Counted from the first letter of the stretch, positions 10,014-19,822 are shown. The stretch: 64,000 nt of DNA from an uncultured archaeon (GCA_964410585.1 CAYPFW010000002.1:32001-96000); one strand, 5' to 3'. Made by a program: numbers and translations. The notes: generated by a model from the sequence alone, not told the origin.

Positions 10014-10714
10014 TTTTTAGTTAGCTTGTCTATAATAGGTTTCAGCTTTCTGATATCACTTATCTTAAAGTCTGGCTTTTCTGGTTTTCCACCTAAAGGA
10101 AACTTGAAGTACTCAACTAAACATGTTTTGATCCCAACTTTTTTCGCCTTAATATCTTCATCCGGTCTGTTTCCAACCATTAAACACTCTTCTGGTTTCA
10201 CTTTCAATTTTTTCAAAGCCATTTCGAAAGGAACTAAGCTGGATTTTTCGTATCCAATTTCTTCTGAAATCAAAACAAGATCAAAATATTTTTCTATCCC
10301 AAGTCCTCTAACCATTTCTCTAAAGCCGGTTTTTGTGCTATTGGATATAACAGCAACCTTCAATCCTTTCCCTTTGCAATATTCTAAAACACTTTTCGCC
10401 CCAGGATAAAGAGAGACATTTTCCCTCCAAAATTTACTATCCTCTTTCTCCATTTTTATCAATTCAGATTCTTTTGGATTGTATCCAAGATGTTGGAGAT
10501 ACATCCTAAACCTATTTCTAGATCTATGTACTTCAACAGAACCGTAGTATTTTGTCAGAAATTTTGTTTTTGTGGCATCTGTTGCCTGTTTTACTTGCTT
10601 CTCAGATGCAGGATATCCAAATTTTGAGAAAAGTCTAGATCTAAAAATGTTTTTCTTATCATGATGGAGGTTTGTAAGCGTGTCGCCAAGATCAAAAATA
10701 ACTGCTTTTAGCAT
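10010..10714 (-). CDS. HAD-superfamily hydrolase
   Basis: FDLGDTL motif I, ISN motif II, VGNRPDED motif IV. Confidence 0.92.
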   Translation of the reverse strand: MLKAVIFDLGDTLTNLHHDKKNIFRSRLFSKFGYPASEKQVKQATDATKTKFLTKYYGSVEVHRSRNRFRMYLQHLGYNPKESELIKMEKEDSKFWRENVSLYPGAKSVLEYCKGKGLKVAVISNSTKTGFREMVRGLGIEKYFDLVLISEEIGYEKSSLVPFEMALKKLKVKPEECLMVGNRPDEDIKAKKVGIKTCLVEYFKFPLGGKPEKPDFKISDIRKLKPIIDKLTKN

Positions 10715-10812
10715 ATTATTGTTTGGATTCGATTTCTTTTAAAGCCAGCAAAACCTTTAAATATTACTTTTGTTATAGTTATTAATTATATTAAGTTTAA
10801 TAAGGAGGATTT

Positions 10813-11040
10813 ATGAGCATACTTTCGGTCTCAGTTCCAGAGGAACTAAAACATAAAATGGAAAACTTAGAGGAAATAAATTGGTCAGCCATTGCAAGAA
10901 AAGCATTTGAAGAAAAAGTAAGGGAAGTTGAATTTGTAAAATCCTTGGCTATAAAAAGCAAGCTCACAGAAAAAGAGGCAGAAGAACTAAGCAATAAAAT
11001 AAACAAATCAATTTCAAAGAAGTTCAAAGAGATGAAATAA
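10813..11040 (+). CDS. RHH-type antitoxin (VapB-like)
   Basis: LSVSVPEELK..INWSAIARKA; GGAGG SD; directly upstream of a PIN gene. Confidence 0.82.
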   Translation: MSILSVSVPEELKHKMENLEEINWSAIARKAFEEKVREVEFVKSLAIKSKLTEKEAEELSNKINKSISKKFKEMK

Positions 11041-11041
11041 A

Positions 11042-11446
11042 ATGCAAATTGTGATAGATGCTAATGTTATCATCTCAATGTTAATCAGTCCTGGAAAGCC
11101 TATAGACGTTTTCTTTAGAGAAGAAATGGAAGTTTTTGCCCCAGAACTTTTGTTGAAAGAAATTGAAAACCATAAAACTGAAATTTGTGAAAAATCGAGA
11201 ATTTCTTCTGATGAAATAGAAAAGCTTTTCTCAATTCTAAAAAATAAGTTATTGGTAGTTCCAGAAGAAGATTTCCTAAAATATAGGGATGAAGCAGAAA
11301 GGATTTGTCCTGACCAAAAAGATGTTGCATATTTTGCATTGGCTCTGTGTATACATTGTCCGATTTGGTCAAATGAGAAAAAGTTAAAAGAACAGGATCA
11401 TGTAAAAGTTTATTCGACTCACGAATTGATAGAAATGTTTAGATAG
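11042..11446 (+). CDS. PIN-domain toxin (VapC-like)
   Basis: IVIDANVI, PDQKD, ALAL..PIWSNEK. Confidence 0.9.
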   Translation: MQIVIDANVIISMLISPGKPIDVFFREEMEVFAPELLLKEIENHKTEICEKSRISSDEIEKLFSILKNKLLVVPEEDFLKYRDEAERICPDQKDVAYFALALCIHCPIWSNEKKLKEQDHVKVYSTHELIEMFR

Positions 11447-11475
11447 TTTATTCCTTCTCCTCAATTTCCCGGATT

Positions 11476-13869
11476 TTAAGCAACAAAAATCGGTCTCTTT
11501 GAAAGCAATCTAGGCAATGAAAGTGGTTTGAATGGCATTCCTTTTGTTTGGTCTTTGACCCATTTTACAAACTCTTCAAGTTTCATCTCTTTGACTTTAC
11601 CATCTTCCCTGAACCTTATTGCAAGTTTTCCGGATGCCTTTTCCTTTTCTCCCAAAACAGCAATAGCTGGAATCCAATCCATTTCTGCATCTCTTATTTT
11701 CTTCTGGACAGAATCAAGATTGTCATCAATATCAACTCTTATATTTTCTCTTGCCAAATGATCTGCTATTTCTTCTGCCCACTTGTTAAAGGAATCATTC
11801 ACTGGGCACAATCTTACTTGAGTTGGTGAAAGCCACAAAGGTAAAATTGGATTTTTCCCAGCCTTTTGTTGCATATCTGCTCTTTCCAATAAAGCATACA
11901 ACACCCTTTCTATAGCACCTGTTGGAGATAAGTGAAGTATAAGAGGATGTTTTTTTGTGTTGTCTGCATCTGTATACTGTATTCCATATCTCTCTGCATT
12001 TTCAACATCAATCTGGTCTGTTGTAAGCGTTGCTGCTTTGTTTAAAGCATCTACAAAGTTCCATTCATACTTCAAGACAAAGTAGAAGAATTTTTTATTC
12101 CAAACTTCAAACAAAATTGGTTTGCCAAATTCTTTTACAAGTTGGATAACAAAATCTTTGTGTTCATCAAAGAAGTCCTTTGTAACTCTTATGGCAAATT
12201 CAAAGTCTTCTTTTATGTTAAACCCGATGCCTTCCTGTACTTGTTTGGCCAATTCCAGTCTTTTCAACATTTCCTTTTTGGCTTGCTCAAAATCTTTGAC
12301 TAGACAATGGCAATCTGGCATTGTGAAAGCTCTAAGCCTTCTCAAACCAGCAAGCTCCCCTCTTTGCTCAACTCTGAAAGAGTATCTTGTTAACTCATAT
12401 ATTGGCAAGGGTAAATTCTTGTAAGAAATGTTTGCATCCTTTGCCATCAAAAATTGACCAAAGCACGCTGCAAACCTAAGGAAAACTTTTTTGTTTGGTG
12501 TTTGTATGGAATATTGCCTTGCCGGAAACCTGTTAAGGTAACTTTTCAAAGCAGGGTGTTCGAAATCATACATTATAGGAGTTTCAACTTCAACTGCGCC
12601 ATATTCCACTGTTTTTCTTGTTGTCCATTCCTCGAGCAAAGATTTTATCAGTCTGCCATTTGGCAAATATCTAAGGTTCCCTGGATCTGAACCTTCTTCA
12701 TGTCCTACCAATTGAAGCTTCTTCATCAACTTTATATGAGGAGGCTCAACATCGACTGCTCTGTTTTTGGCCAATTCATACTTCGCAAACTTTTCCAGTT
12801 TAGAATATTTTGAAAAATCAAAACCAGAAATCTTACCATCTTTTACTTCAATCTTGTTAAGTTTTCCTGCTGGCTCCAAAATAAACCACTCTGAAACAAG
12901 CTCTTTTTCTTTTTTCAGGGCCTCTGAAACCACTTCCTTTTCCCCATCATATGATGCTATTTTTTCGATCCTTGGTTTGACAATATTTTTATAATCTTCG
13001 ATTTTCAAAGCCATTGACCTGTCTAGTCTTGCAGCATTGAAAAACATCTCATCGTTTTCCAATAGTTTAGGATCAACTATCAATTCCAATTCAGGACTAA
13101 ATGAGAATGGAAGTACTGTACCAGATACACTACCTGCTAACTTTTCTGCAATTTCTATATCAGCAAAGGAAACATAACTTGCATTAAATAACTTTTTAAT
13201 CAAATCAAAATCCACCTTAGCGTCCCCTGGAACAACTGCTAATACATATTTGGACGTTTTTCCAACTTTAACAATCAAAACAATACAGTGAGCAGCTTCT
13301 GACACTTTGTTGCCTCGAAGCTTGCTGGCAAATTCAGTTCTCCCCTCTGATGCATGATCAATAAGTCTATATTTTGCCTTGTTCTTATCCAGCAAATTGA
13401 TTAACTTTTCATATGTTTTATTCATCAACTCACTTTCTTCTTTACTTACAACTGTAAGCTCCCTGCTCAATTCAGACAAAGGATGTCCTTTTGCAGCCAA
13501 AGAAAGTTTTTTGTACCAGCCAAAAGGAGCTCGCCAAACTTTGAATTCTTTGCCAAGTTCTTGTTCAGCCCTTTTCAAAACATTCAAGGCTGTTTCCACA
13601 GAAGACAAATTGCTGCTCAAGTGGGCATATGGATAAACAACAATATTCTTAGCTTTTACTTGTCCAGCGACATCTTTGATATTTTTGACATATTCTTCTA
13701 CAATTTTGTCCTGGTTTTTCTCATCTGCTTTCTCAACTGCAGTAAAAACAGCAAGGCATTCTTCTACTTTGACAGGTTTCTTCTCTGTGATACCTTCCTC
13801 GGCTGACTTTATCGCCTTTTTCACAGCTTCCCATTCAATCCAATCGCAGTGCAACAATAATATTTTCAT
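11476..13869 (-). CDS. thrS: Archaeal threonine--tRNA ligase with an inserted YbaK/YeaK-like domain
   Basis: N-terminal DTD-like editing domain (YPYAHLSS, RAPFGWYK, GHPLSELSR); catalytic RFAACFGQF, MPDCH, SPTGAIER; ~160-aa insert at 12949-13425. Confidence 0.95.
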   Translation of the reverse strand: MKILLLHCDWIEWEAVKKAIKSAEEGITEKKPVKVEECLAVFTAVEKADEKNQDKIVEEYVKNIKDVAGQVKAKNIVVYPYAHLSSNLSSVETALNVLKRAEQELGKEFKVWRAPFGWYKKLSLAAKGHPLSELSRELTVVSKEESELMNKTYEKLINLLDKNKAKYRLIDHASEGRTEFASKLRGNKVSEAAHCIVLIVKVGKTSKYVLAVVPGDAKVDFDLIKKLFNASYVSFADIEIAEKLAGSVSGTVLPFSFSPELELIVDPKLLENDEMFFNAARLDRSMALKIEDYKNIVKPRIEKIASYDGEKEVVSEALKKEKELVSEWFILEPAGKLNKIEVKDGKISGFDFSKYSKLEKFAKYELAKNRAVDVEPPHIKLMKKLQLVGHEEGSDPGNLRYLPNGRLIKSLLEEWTTRKTVEYGAVEVETPIMYDFEHPALKSYLNRFPARQYSIQTPNKKVFLRFAACFGQFLMAKDANISYKNLPLPIYELTRYSFRVEQRGELAGLRRLRAFTMPDCHCLVKDFEQAKKEMLKRLELAKQVQEGIGFNIKEDFEFAIRVTKDFFDEHKDFVIQLVKEFGKPILFEVWNKKFFYFVLKYEWNFVDALNKAATLTTDQIDVENAERYGIQYTDADNTKKHPLILHLSPTGAIERVLYALLERADMQQKAGKNPILPLWLSPTQVRLCPVNDSFNKWAEEIADHLARENIRVDIDDNLDSVQKKIRDAEMDWIPAIAVLGEKEKASGKLAIRFREDGKVKEMKLEEFVKWVKDQTKGMPFKPLSLPRLLSKRPIFVA

Positions 13870-13872
13870 AAT

Positions 13873-14325
13873 CTATATCCCTCTATTTGTATCTTCGGAT
13901 TTATATCGCTCTCTGTTCAATTTGGAGTATTCTGCATTAAGTTTATCAAAATATCTTAGTCCTTTATCTGAAGCCAGAAGGCAAATGTACAATACATCTA
14001 TATCTTCAATTTCTGAATCTGAGGCCCTTGTAACAAATTCTCTTGGATTAATCTTACCTCTAAAATACATTTCCCAAGCAAATTTAGATTGTTCTGCTCT
14101 TATTCTTCTATGCCAAACAGAGTCGACAAGAGAACCAATTTCGGCTAATTCTGAAAAAGCATCATCAATGAGCCTAAGTTCTTGTTCTTCAGATTCCTCA
14201 ATAAAAATTCCTGGAGTTATAAACCCTCTTCTGAATTTTTCCCAAGCCGGTAAATAGAAAATAGCTTCTCTGACTTGATAGCCTACCATTTCAGGATCGA
14301 CTAAAACATCTACCATACCAAACAC
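13873..14325 (-). CDS. Hypothetical protein
   Basis: 150-aa ORF co-directional with thrS. Confidence 0.6.
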   Translation of the reverse strand: MFGMVDVLVDPEMVGYQVREAIFYLPAWEKFRRGFITPGIFIEESEEQELRLIDDAFSELAEIGSLVDSVWHRRIRAEQSKFAWEMYFRGKINPREFVTRASDSEIEDIDVLYICLLASDKGLRYFDKLNAEYSKLNRERYKSEDTNRGI

Positions 14326-14591
14326 CTCATAATCATGCTAGGTCTACCTCTATCCTTTAAGATTTTGAGTTGTATTTTCTTCTTTCTAATCAACTCTAAA
14401 CAATCTGGTCTACACCTAGAAAAGGCAGATTTTGAAACAGAAACACTTTTTAATTCGCACTTATCCAAAACTTCAAGAAGGATCTTTTTGTTCAAGAACT
14501 TCCTAAAATGAACTTCAGACAAATTTGGCGGCAAATTTTGGACATCACTAAGACTAGAAATAACTATTCTTTCACTTTGTGGGTAAACCAC
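14310..14591 (-). CDS. Hypothetical protein (DUF1699-like)
   Basis: ERIVISSLSDV..VHFRKF..GRP pattern of small archaeal proteins. Confidence 0.55.
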   Translation of the reverse strand: MVYPQSERIVISSLSDVQNLPPNLSEVHFRKFLNKKILLEVLDKCELKSVSVSKSAFSRCRPDCLELIRKKKIQLKILKDRGRPSMIMRCLVW

Positions 14592-14685
14592 CTTTTTGCA
14601 TAAACCAAAATGTCACCAACAATAGTTGTATTCTGGATATAAATCGCTTACCAAATGTCGTAAAACAAAAAAACCAAAGAAAAAG

Positions 14686-14868
14686 CTAAAGGTCTCTTCC
14701 GACCCATTCTTTCATCATTCGTTCAACTTCCCCAGATACTGTTGCTTCTTTCATCACGCACTGGGCTTTGAACCTCAAAAACAAATCCCTGTCCACAGCA
14801 ATTGTAGTAGTAATTCTTTCCATATAAGAGGATTTAGAAATAGGCTTTATAAACTTTTGCTTTTTCAC
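14686..14868 (-). CDS. Small ribbon-helix-helix protein
   Basis: TTTIAVDRDLFLRFKAQC..TVSGEVERMMKEW. Confidence 0.65.
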   Translation of the reverse strand: MKKQKFIKPISKSSYMERITTTIAVDRDLFLRFKAQCVMKEATVSGEVERMMKEWVGRDL

Positions 14869-14897
14869 AGGAATATATAAAGATATGAAAATATGTC

Positions 14898-15266
14898 CTA
14901 TTCTATCCTAAAAACAGCCTTTGCCTTCGAAGTTAGCCTCAAGGGGTCTGTAGAATCAACAACTTGTGTTAAATTGAAATAAGGATACAACTTATTGTGT
15001 ATTTTATCAAAGACATCTTTCCCCCTTTCAGTCAGCTCCAAGTTTTTGTTCTTATATGCAATGAGTTTAGACTTTTCCAAGCTTTCCAGATTTTTGTACA
15101 AAGCTCTTTCTTTTTTCTTTGTTATGCCAGATTTTCCAACAATTTCTATGAAAGCTGATTTGGAAATAGATGCCTCCAACATTTTAGCTTTTAGGCTTTG
15201 GTTTGACTTTTCAGAGCATTTACCTAAAGCAAATAGAATAAATTTTTGTTGTTCTGACAGTTTCAT
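14898..15266 (-). CDS. Winged-helix DNA-binding protein
   Basis: ALYKNLESLEKSKLI..LELTERG. Confidence 0.75.
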   Translation of the reverse strand: MKLSEQQKFILFALGKCSEKSNQSLKAKMLEASISKSAFIEIVGKSGITKKKERALYKNLESLEKSKLIAYKNKNLELTERGKDVFDKIHNKLYPYFNLTQVVDSTDPLRLTSKAKAVFRIE

Positions 15267-15360
15267 AAAATAAGTTAGAAAGCATACTTAAAATCCTTTT
15301 GAAAAAATATTCTTCAAACATTTATAGTTTTGCAACCAAATTTTAATATATCGGTGTTAT

Positions 15361-16704
15361 ATGCCATTCAAAAGCTTCGACGAAATATCACACGAAGAGT
15401 ATAGGACATTTTTAGCTGCTAGAGCAGAAGGTAGAGGTTTGGACAAAGCAGGTCTTGTTGCAGGCCTAAGCAAACATGCCTCTGAGAGAATAATTTATGG
15501 AGATGTACCAAGAGGCATACCGGCAGGAACGGCTATTGAAATACAAAGACAATATGGGTTCAAGCCAAAAGACAGATCTTCCACAAGTAATCCATTAATA
15601 GAAGAACCTAGGCCATATTTTAGAATTGAGAGTGATGGACTTCTATATTCCAAGGGTGTGAGGGAAGGGAAAATACTGGGAGTATCAGAATCAATGCATG
15701 ATGTATTTGCATCTTTAGAAAAAATATCTAAAACAAGAAATGTTCATGTAGTCATTCTTGGTGAATCTGGTACAGGAAAGGAATTGGTTGCTGAGGGTGT
15801 CCACTATGGCGGTCCCAGAAGAGATAGGCATTATGTAAACAGAAATTGCGCAGCCATAGGAAAAGATGTTGTAGAAAGTGAATTGTTTGGCCATATTAAA
15901 GGTGCATTTACAGGAGCATCTTCTGATAAAACTGGAATTTTTAGATTGGGTCATGAAGGAACAGTGTTTTTAGATGAAATAACAGAACTTCCTTTGAACA
16001 TCCAAGCCAAGCTTTTGAAAGCAGTTGAAAATGGACATATTGTTCCTGTTGGTCACGATGATGCTAATCCAATAGAAGTTGATACGCGGGTTATTGCAGC
16101 AACAAGCAAAGACATAGTTGATCTGGCTAAAAGAGGGGATTTTAGAAGGGATTTGCTCCAAAGGTTGGCTGGATATGTCATAAGGCTCCCATCTTTGAGG
16201 GAGAGGGGAAGAGCAGAAATAGTTTTCTTGGCTGATTCTTTTTTAAAAGAGTATGTAGAAACAGAAGGAAGACCTAAAATTCTTGAGCCTTCATCTTATG
16301 ATGTACTTGCTGAATATTATTGGCCTGGAAATGTCAGACAATTAAAAACAGTTATTACTGGAGCAGCAATTTCAACAGATAAGAGAGAAAAAATAGAAGC
16401 AGATGATATAAGAGATAGACTTAGGGTTTGGGATGGATTGATTGATCAGAGTCAACAGAGAATGGATTTAGATGTTCTAATGGATAAAATTGCCTCAATG
16501 TCTGGAGTAAGTTTGATAACAATTGAAGCGGCTGCCATAGCTGCTTTTGTTAGAAGAGCCGGAGCAAAGGGAAAAGCTGCAGAAAGTCTACAAATAGCAA
16601 GGAGTACAATGGCAAGAAAAGTAAAAGAGTACCAAATAAGTGATGGTCACAGTTACGTTGTTCCTGATGAATCTGGAGATCCAGAGCCTCCGCAGGTTTT
16701 ATAG
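15361..16704 (+). CDS. Sigma54-activator (bEBP) AAA+ protein with Fis-type HTH
   Basis: GESGTGKE, ESELFGHIKGAFTGA, GTVFLDEI, RVIAAT, WPGNVRQL; AAESLQIARSTMARKVKEY HTH. Confidence 0.92.
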   Translation: MPFKSFDEISHEEYRTFLAARAEGRGLDKAGLVAGLSKHASERIIYGDVPRGIPAGTAIEIQRQYGFKPKDRSSTSNPLIEEPRPYFRIESDGLLYSKGVREGKILGVSESMHDVFASLEKISKTRNVHVVILGESGTGKELVAEGVHYGGPRRDRHYVNRNCAAIGKDVVESELFGHIKGAFTGASSDKTGIFRLGHEGTVFLDEITELPLNIQAKLLKAVENGHIVPVGHDDANPIEVDTRVIAATSKDIVDLAKRGDFRRDLLQRLAGYVIRLPSLRERGRAEIVFLADSFLKEYVETEGRPKILEPSSYDVLAEYYWPGNVRQLKTVITGAAISTDKREKIEADDIRDRLRVWDGLIDQSQQRMDLDVLMDKIASMSGVSLITIEAAAIAAFVRRAGAKGKAAESLQIARSTMARKVKEYQISDGHSYVVPDESGDPEPPQVL

Positions 16705-16858
16705 TCCCGCCCAGATTCGAACTGGGGTCCATAGCTCCAGAGGCTATTATACTGGGCCATTATATTTGGTTCTGTTGAACCAACCGTCTCTGAATACTAG
16801 TTTCTTTCTGGACGGTGCTCTTTCTTTTCTAAAGAAAGAGTAGCTATACGACGGGACT
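16702..16858 (-). tRNA. tRNA-Gln(CTG) with an 84-nt insertion/intron in the D-loop (about 16760-16843)
   Basis: Acceptor AGTCCCG/CGGGACT+A; anticodon arm ATAGC-CT-CTG-GA-GCTAT; T arm CCCAG-TTCGAAT-CTGGG; 73 nt after removing the insert. Confidence 0.88.
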
Positions 16859-16904
16859 ATATCCACTATTTGTTAACTGATTTAAATAATAGAATTTGAT
16901 TGAC

Positions 16905-17009
16905 TGAATAACCTCGGCATAAATGCCGAGGCGTCTATGCATTGGTAACCAAATAATCATTGCGTAGCGGACTAAAGTCCGGAGCGTGGACTCGCGCCGA
17001 GGTTATTCA
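16905..17009. mobile_element. 105-bp MITE/PATE-like palindromic element
   Basis: 14-bp perfect terminal IR TGAATAACCTCGGC/GCCGAGGTTATTCA; internal hairpins CCTCGGCAT-AA-ATGCCGAGG and CGGACT-AA-AGTCCG. Confidence 0.6.
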
Positions 17010-18788
17010 CTAAGCTTTTAGAGATTTCACCAACTCATCAACAGTCTTGAAAACCATGCACTTTTGCCCAAAACAGTCTTGGATGTTTTTTGATTTTATC
17101 TGTATACAGTTCAAAGGAAGCTTTTCCCAACTTATTTTTTCGGGTGAATGGATAATATGGAATTTTGATGCAATAAAAACACCAAAATTGTGAAAATCAT
17201 AGCTTAGTGGAGATTTGTATTTTTCATTTTGATATTCTTTATCCAATAAAATTTTTGCCCTAAGTATAGCCATTTCAGCTAAGGATGTGCTCGAAGGTGT
17301 TGGATGATCAAATGTTTGAGCAGGAACTTCGAAAAAATCTTTGTTTGCACTTTCTATCCATTTTTCACTTTTCCTGAATTTTTCTATTTTGCCAAAAAAA
17401 TCTTCCAGAACGTTTTTGTATTCCCCAGTCTCCTCAAAAACAAAAGTTGCAAAAAGCAAAAAGCTTGCATAGTCTTCCAAAAATTCGTTTTTCTGAACAT
17501 CTTTTCCAAGAGAACTATGATATAATTTGCCTTCTATATAGTGCTTTTCCAGAAGCTTTTTGAAAAGACTCAAAGATTTAGTTTTAGAATTTTCTATCCC
17601 ACAATTTCTATAAGAAATGAATAAACTAATTCCAACTAAGCAATTCCAAGAAGTGATAAATTTCTTATCGACAAAGGGTTGCTTTCTTTTTCTCCTTGTT
17701 TCTAAAAGCTTTCTCTCAATTTCAGGAAGAAAAATATTTTCTATTTTGATGAGATGAATCTTTCCCTCAAAATTTTCTTTTATTAGGTATATTTTAGAAA
17801 ATTTTTCAAATTCTTCTTTTGTAAGAGTTTTTTGCAATTCTTCTTTTGTCCACAAATATGTGGCTCCTTCTTCATGATTTGTATCTGCATCATGTCCAGA
17901 GTAAAATAATCCATCTTCAAAGGTTTCTTCTAAACAGGAAATTATTCTCTCAGCAATTGTCCTGTATTCTTTTTTTCCTAAAGCTTTGTAAGCAGTAGAG
18001 TAAACCCACAAGAGCATTGCTTGGTCATAAAGCATTTTTTCAAAGTGTGGTATTGTCCATGATCCATCTACACAATATCTAAAAAATCCACCTTGCAGAT
18101 GATCGTGAAGACCCCTTTTTGAAATTTCATCCAAAGTTTTCTCAAGGACTATTTTTACTTCTGGTTTTTTTGTGTTTTCAAAATAACTCAACAAAAACAA
18201 AAGAGTGTTGTGTGGAGGAAATTTCGGGATTCCAAAACCGCCATTTGCTTTGTCAAAGCCAGAAAGAATAGTTTCAATCAATTTATCCTCTTCTACATTT
18301 TTCGACTGGGTTTCTGGAATAGAATACTTTCCTATTTCTTGGTTTTTGTGGATATTTATAAAATTCAAAACCTGTAAAAACCCTGGAAGATTGTGTTTTG
18401 GCTCAACAGGAACATACGTCAGGGCCAATATAGGTCTCAAATCTGGCGTGAGAAAAGCATTCAAAGGCCAACCGCCTTGTCCCTGTGTTTCGATAAGAAA
18501 TGACATCAGAAACTGATCTATGTCGGGTCTTTGTTCTCTGTCGACTTTTATTGAAATAAAGTTTTGATTCAAAAAATCGGCTATTTCCTTGTTTGAGAAG
18601 GCTTCAGAAGCCATCACATGGCACCAGTGACAGGTCGAATATCCAACTGAAACAAATACAATCTTGTTTTCTTTTTTTGCATATTCCAAAACCTCCTCAG
18701 ACCATTCTTGCCAGTGTATTGGGTTGGCCTTGTGTTGCTGTAAATATGGAGAAGGAGATTTGTCTAAATTGTTTTTATGGAAATCCAT
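17010..18788 (-). CDS. YyaL/SPATA20-like thioredoxin-domain protein
   Basis: SPYLQQH.NPIHW, CHWCHVMA, KVDREQRPDID, GGFFRY, PHFEKMLYDQA. Confidence 0.93.
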   Translation of the reverse strand: MDFHKNNLDKSPSPYLQQHKANPIHWQEWSEEVLEYAKKENKIVFVSVGYSTCHWCHVMASEAFSNKEIADFLNQNFISIKVDREQRPDIDQFLMSFLIETQGQGGWPLNAFLTPDLRPILALTYVPVEPKHNLPGFLQVLNFINIHKNQEIGKYSIPETQSKNVEEDKLIETILSGFDKANGGFGIPKFPPHNTLLFLLSYFENTKKPEVKIVLEKTLDEISKRGLHDHLQGGFFRYCVDGSWTIPHFEKMLYDQAMLLWVYSTAYKALGKKEYRTIAERIISCLEETFEDGLFYSGHDADTNHEEGATYLWTKEELQKTLTKEEFEKFSKIYLIKENFEGKIHLIKIENIFLPEIERKLLETRRKRKQPFVDKKFITSWNCLVGISLFISYRNCGIENSKTKSLSLFKKLLEKHYIEGKLYHSSLGKDVQKNEFLEDYASFLLFATFVFEETGEYKNVLEDFFGKIEKFRKSEKWIESANKDFFEVPAQTFDHPTPSSTSLAEMAILRAKILLDKEYQNEKYKSPLSYDFHNFGVFIASKFHIIHSPEKISWEKLPLNCIQIKSKNIQDCFGQKCMVFKTVDELVKSLKA

Positions 18789-18850
18789 ACAAAAGATTAG
18801 AATCTGGGTTTAAATCACTAAATAGACCTTGGATAAATGAACAGTGTTAT

Positions 18851-19792
18851 TTACTGCAAAAAATTAGTCAATAGCGCTGTTAGTTGAATTTCAGGCGTCC
18901 CACCTTGGTTCAGCCTGAATTCGTATTCGCCGATTTTTTCAATAAGTTTCAGTTTCTTTTCTTCAGGAATTTGTAGATCAAAAATATTTCTGTGTGTTTC
19001 TTTTATTATGTCCTCAGCAGATATTCCTTGGTTAATCAACATGTCATATAATTTTTTCTTTGCTTCTGGGAAATTACCTGAAACTGCTAGATCCAGCATA
19101 GCCCTTACGTCCTTTGGTTTTGCAGAAGCTGAGACAGAATAAACTATTTCCGGCGTTATTTTCTCATAAACAGAACAGGCTTGTAAAAGGTTTGTTGCCT
19201 TTCTCATATCGCCTTCTGAAACTTCGTATATAGCATCTAAGCCAAGTTGGTCTATCTGAAGCTTTTCGTTTTGGGCAATTTTTTTCATGTAGTTCTCCAC
19301 ATCTATTTTAGTCAAACCCTTGAACCTAAAAACAACGCATCGCGATTGAATAGGATCAATTAAACGACTGGAATAGTTACAGGATAGTATAAATCTACAT
19401 GCACCAGAATATTTTTCCATTGTTCTTCTCAAAGCCTGTTGTGCTTCTGAAGTCAGGGCATCTGCTTCGTCCAAGAAAATAATTTTAAAATCATGTCCTA
19501 TTGGTTTTATCCTTGCAAATTCTTTTATCTTTCCTCTGACAACATCAATGCCACGCTCATCGCTTGCATTAGTCTCCAAAAAATTTTCATTCCACTTATC
19601 GCCAAAAAGTTCCCGAGCCAAAGCTAAAGCAGTTGTTGTTTTTCCAACTCCAGCAGATCCGGCAAACAAAAGGTTTGGAATTGATTTTTCTTTTACCCAA
19701 GCTTTGAGTCTTTCAACTACATGCTGCTGTGCAACAACTTCATCCAATTTTTTTGGCCTGTATTTTTCTGTCCAAATAGATAGTTCTGACAT
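18851..19792 (-). CDS. rfcS: Replication factor C small subunit
   Basis: WTEKYRP, GSAGVGKTT, NASDERG, LDEAD, QSRC. Confidence 0.96.
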   Translation of the reverse strand: MSELSIWTEKYRPKKLDEVVAQQHVVERLKAWVKEKSIPNLLFAGSAGVGKTTTALALARELFGDKWNENFLETNASDERGIDVVRGKIKEFARIKPIGHDFKIIFLDEADALTSEAQQALRRTMEKYSGACRFILSCNYSSRLIDPIQSRCVVFRFKGLTKIDVENYMKKIAQNEKLQIDQLGLDAIYEVSEGDMRKATNLLQACSVYEKITPEIVYSVSASAKPKDVRAMLDLAVSGNFPEAKKKLYDMLINQGISAEDIIKETHRNIFDLQIPEEKKLKLIEKIGEYEFRLNQGGTPEIQLTALLTNFLQ

Positions 19793-19822
19793 AACAAGAA
19801 ATAGAAAATAAGACTTTAAATC

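Noticed and set aside
10813-11446. VapBC pair as part of a defence island
   Set aside because: Ordinary isolated archaeal toxin-antitoxin module.
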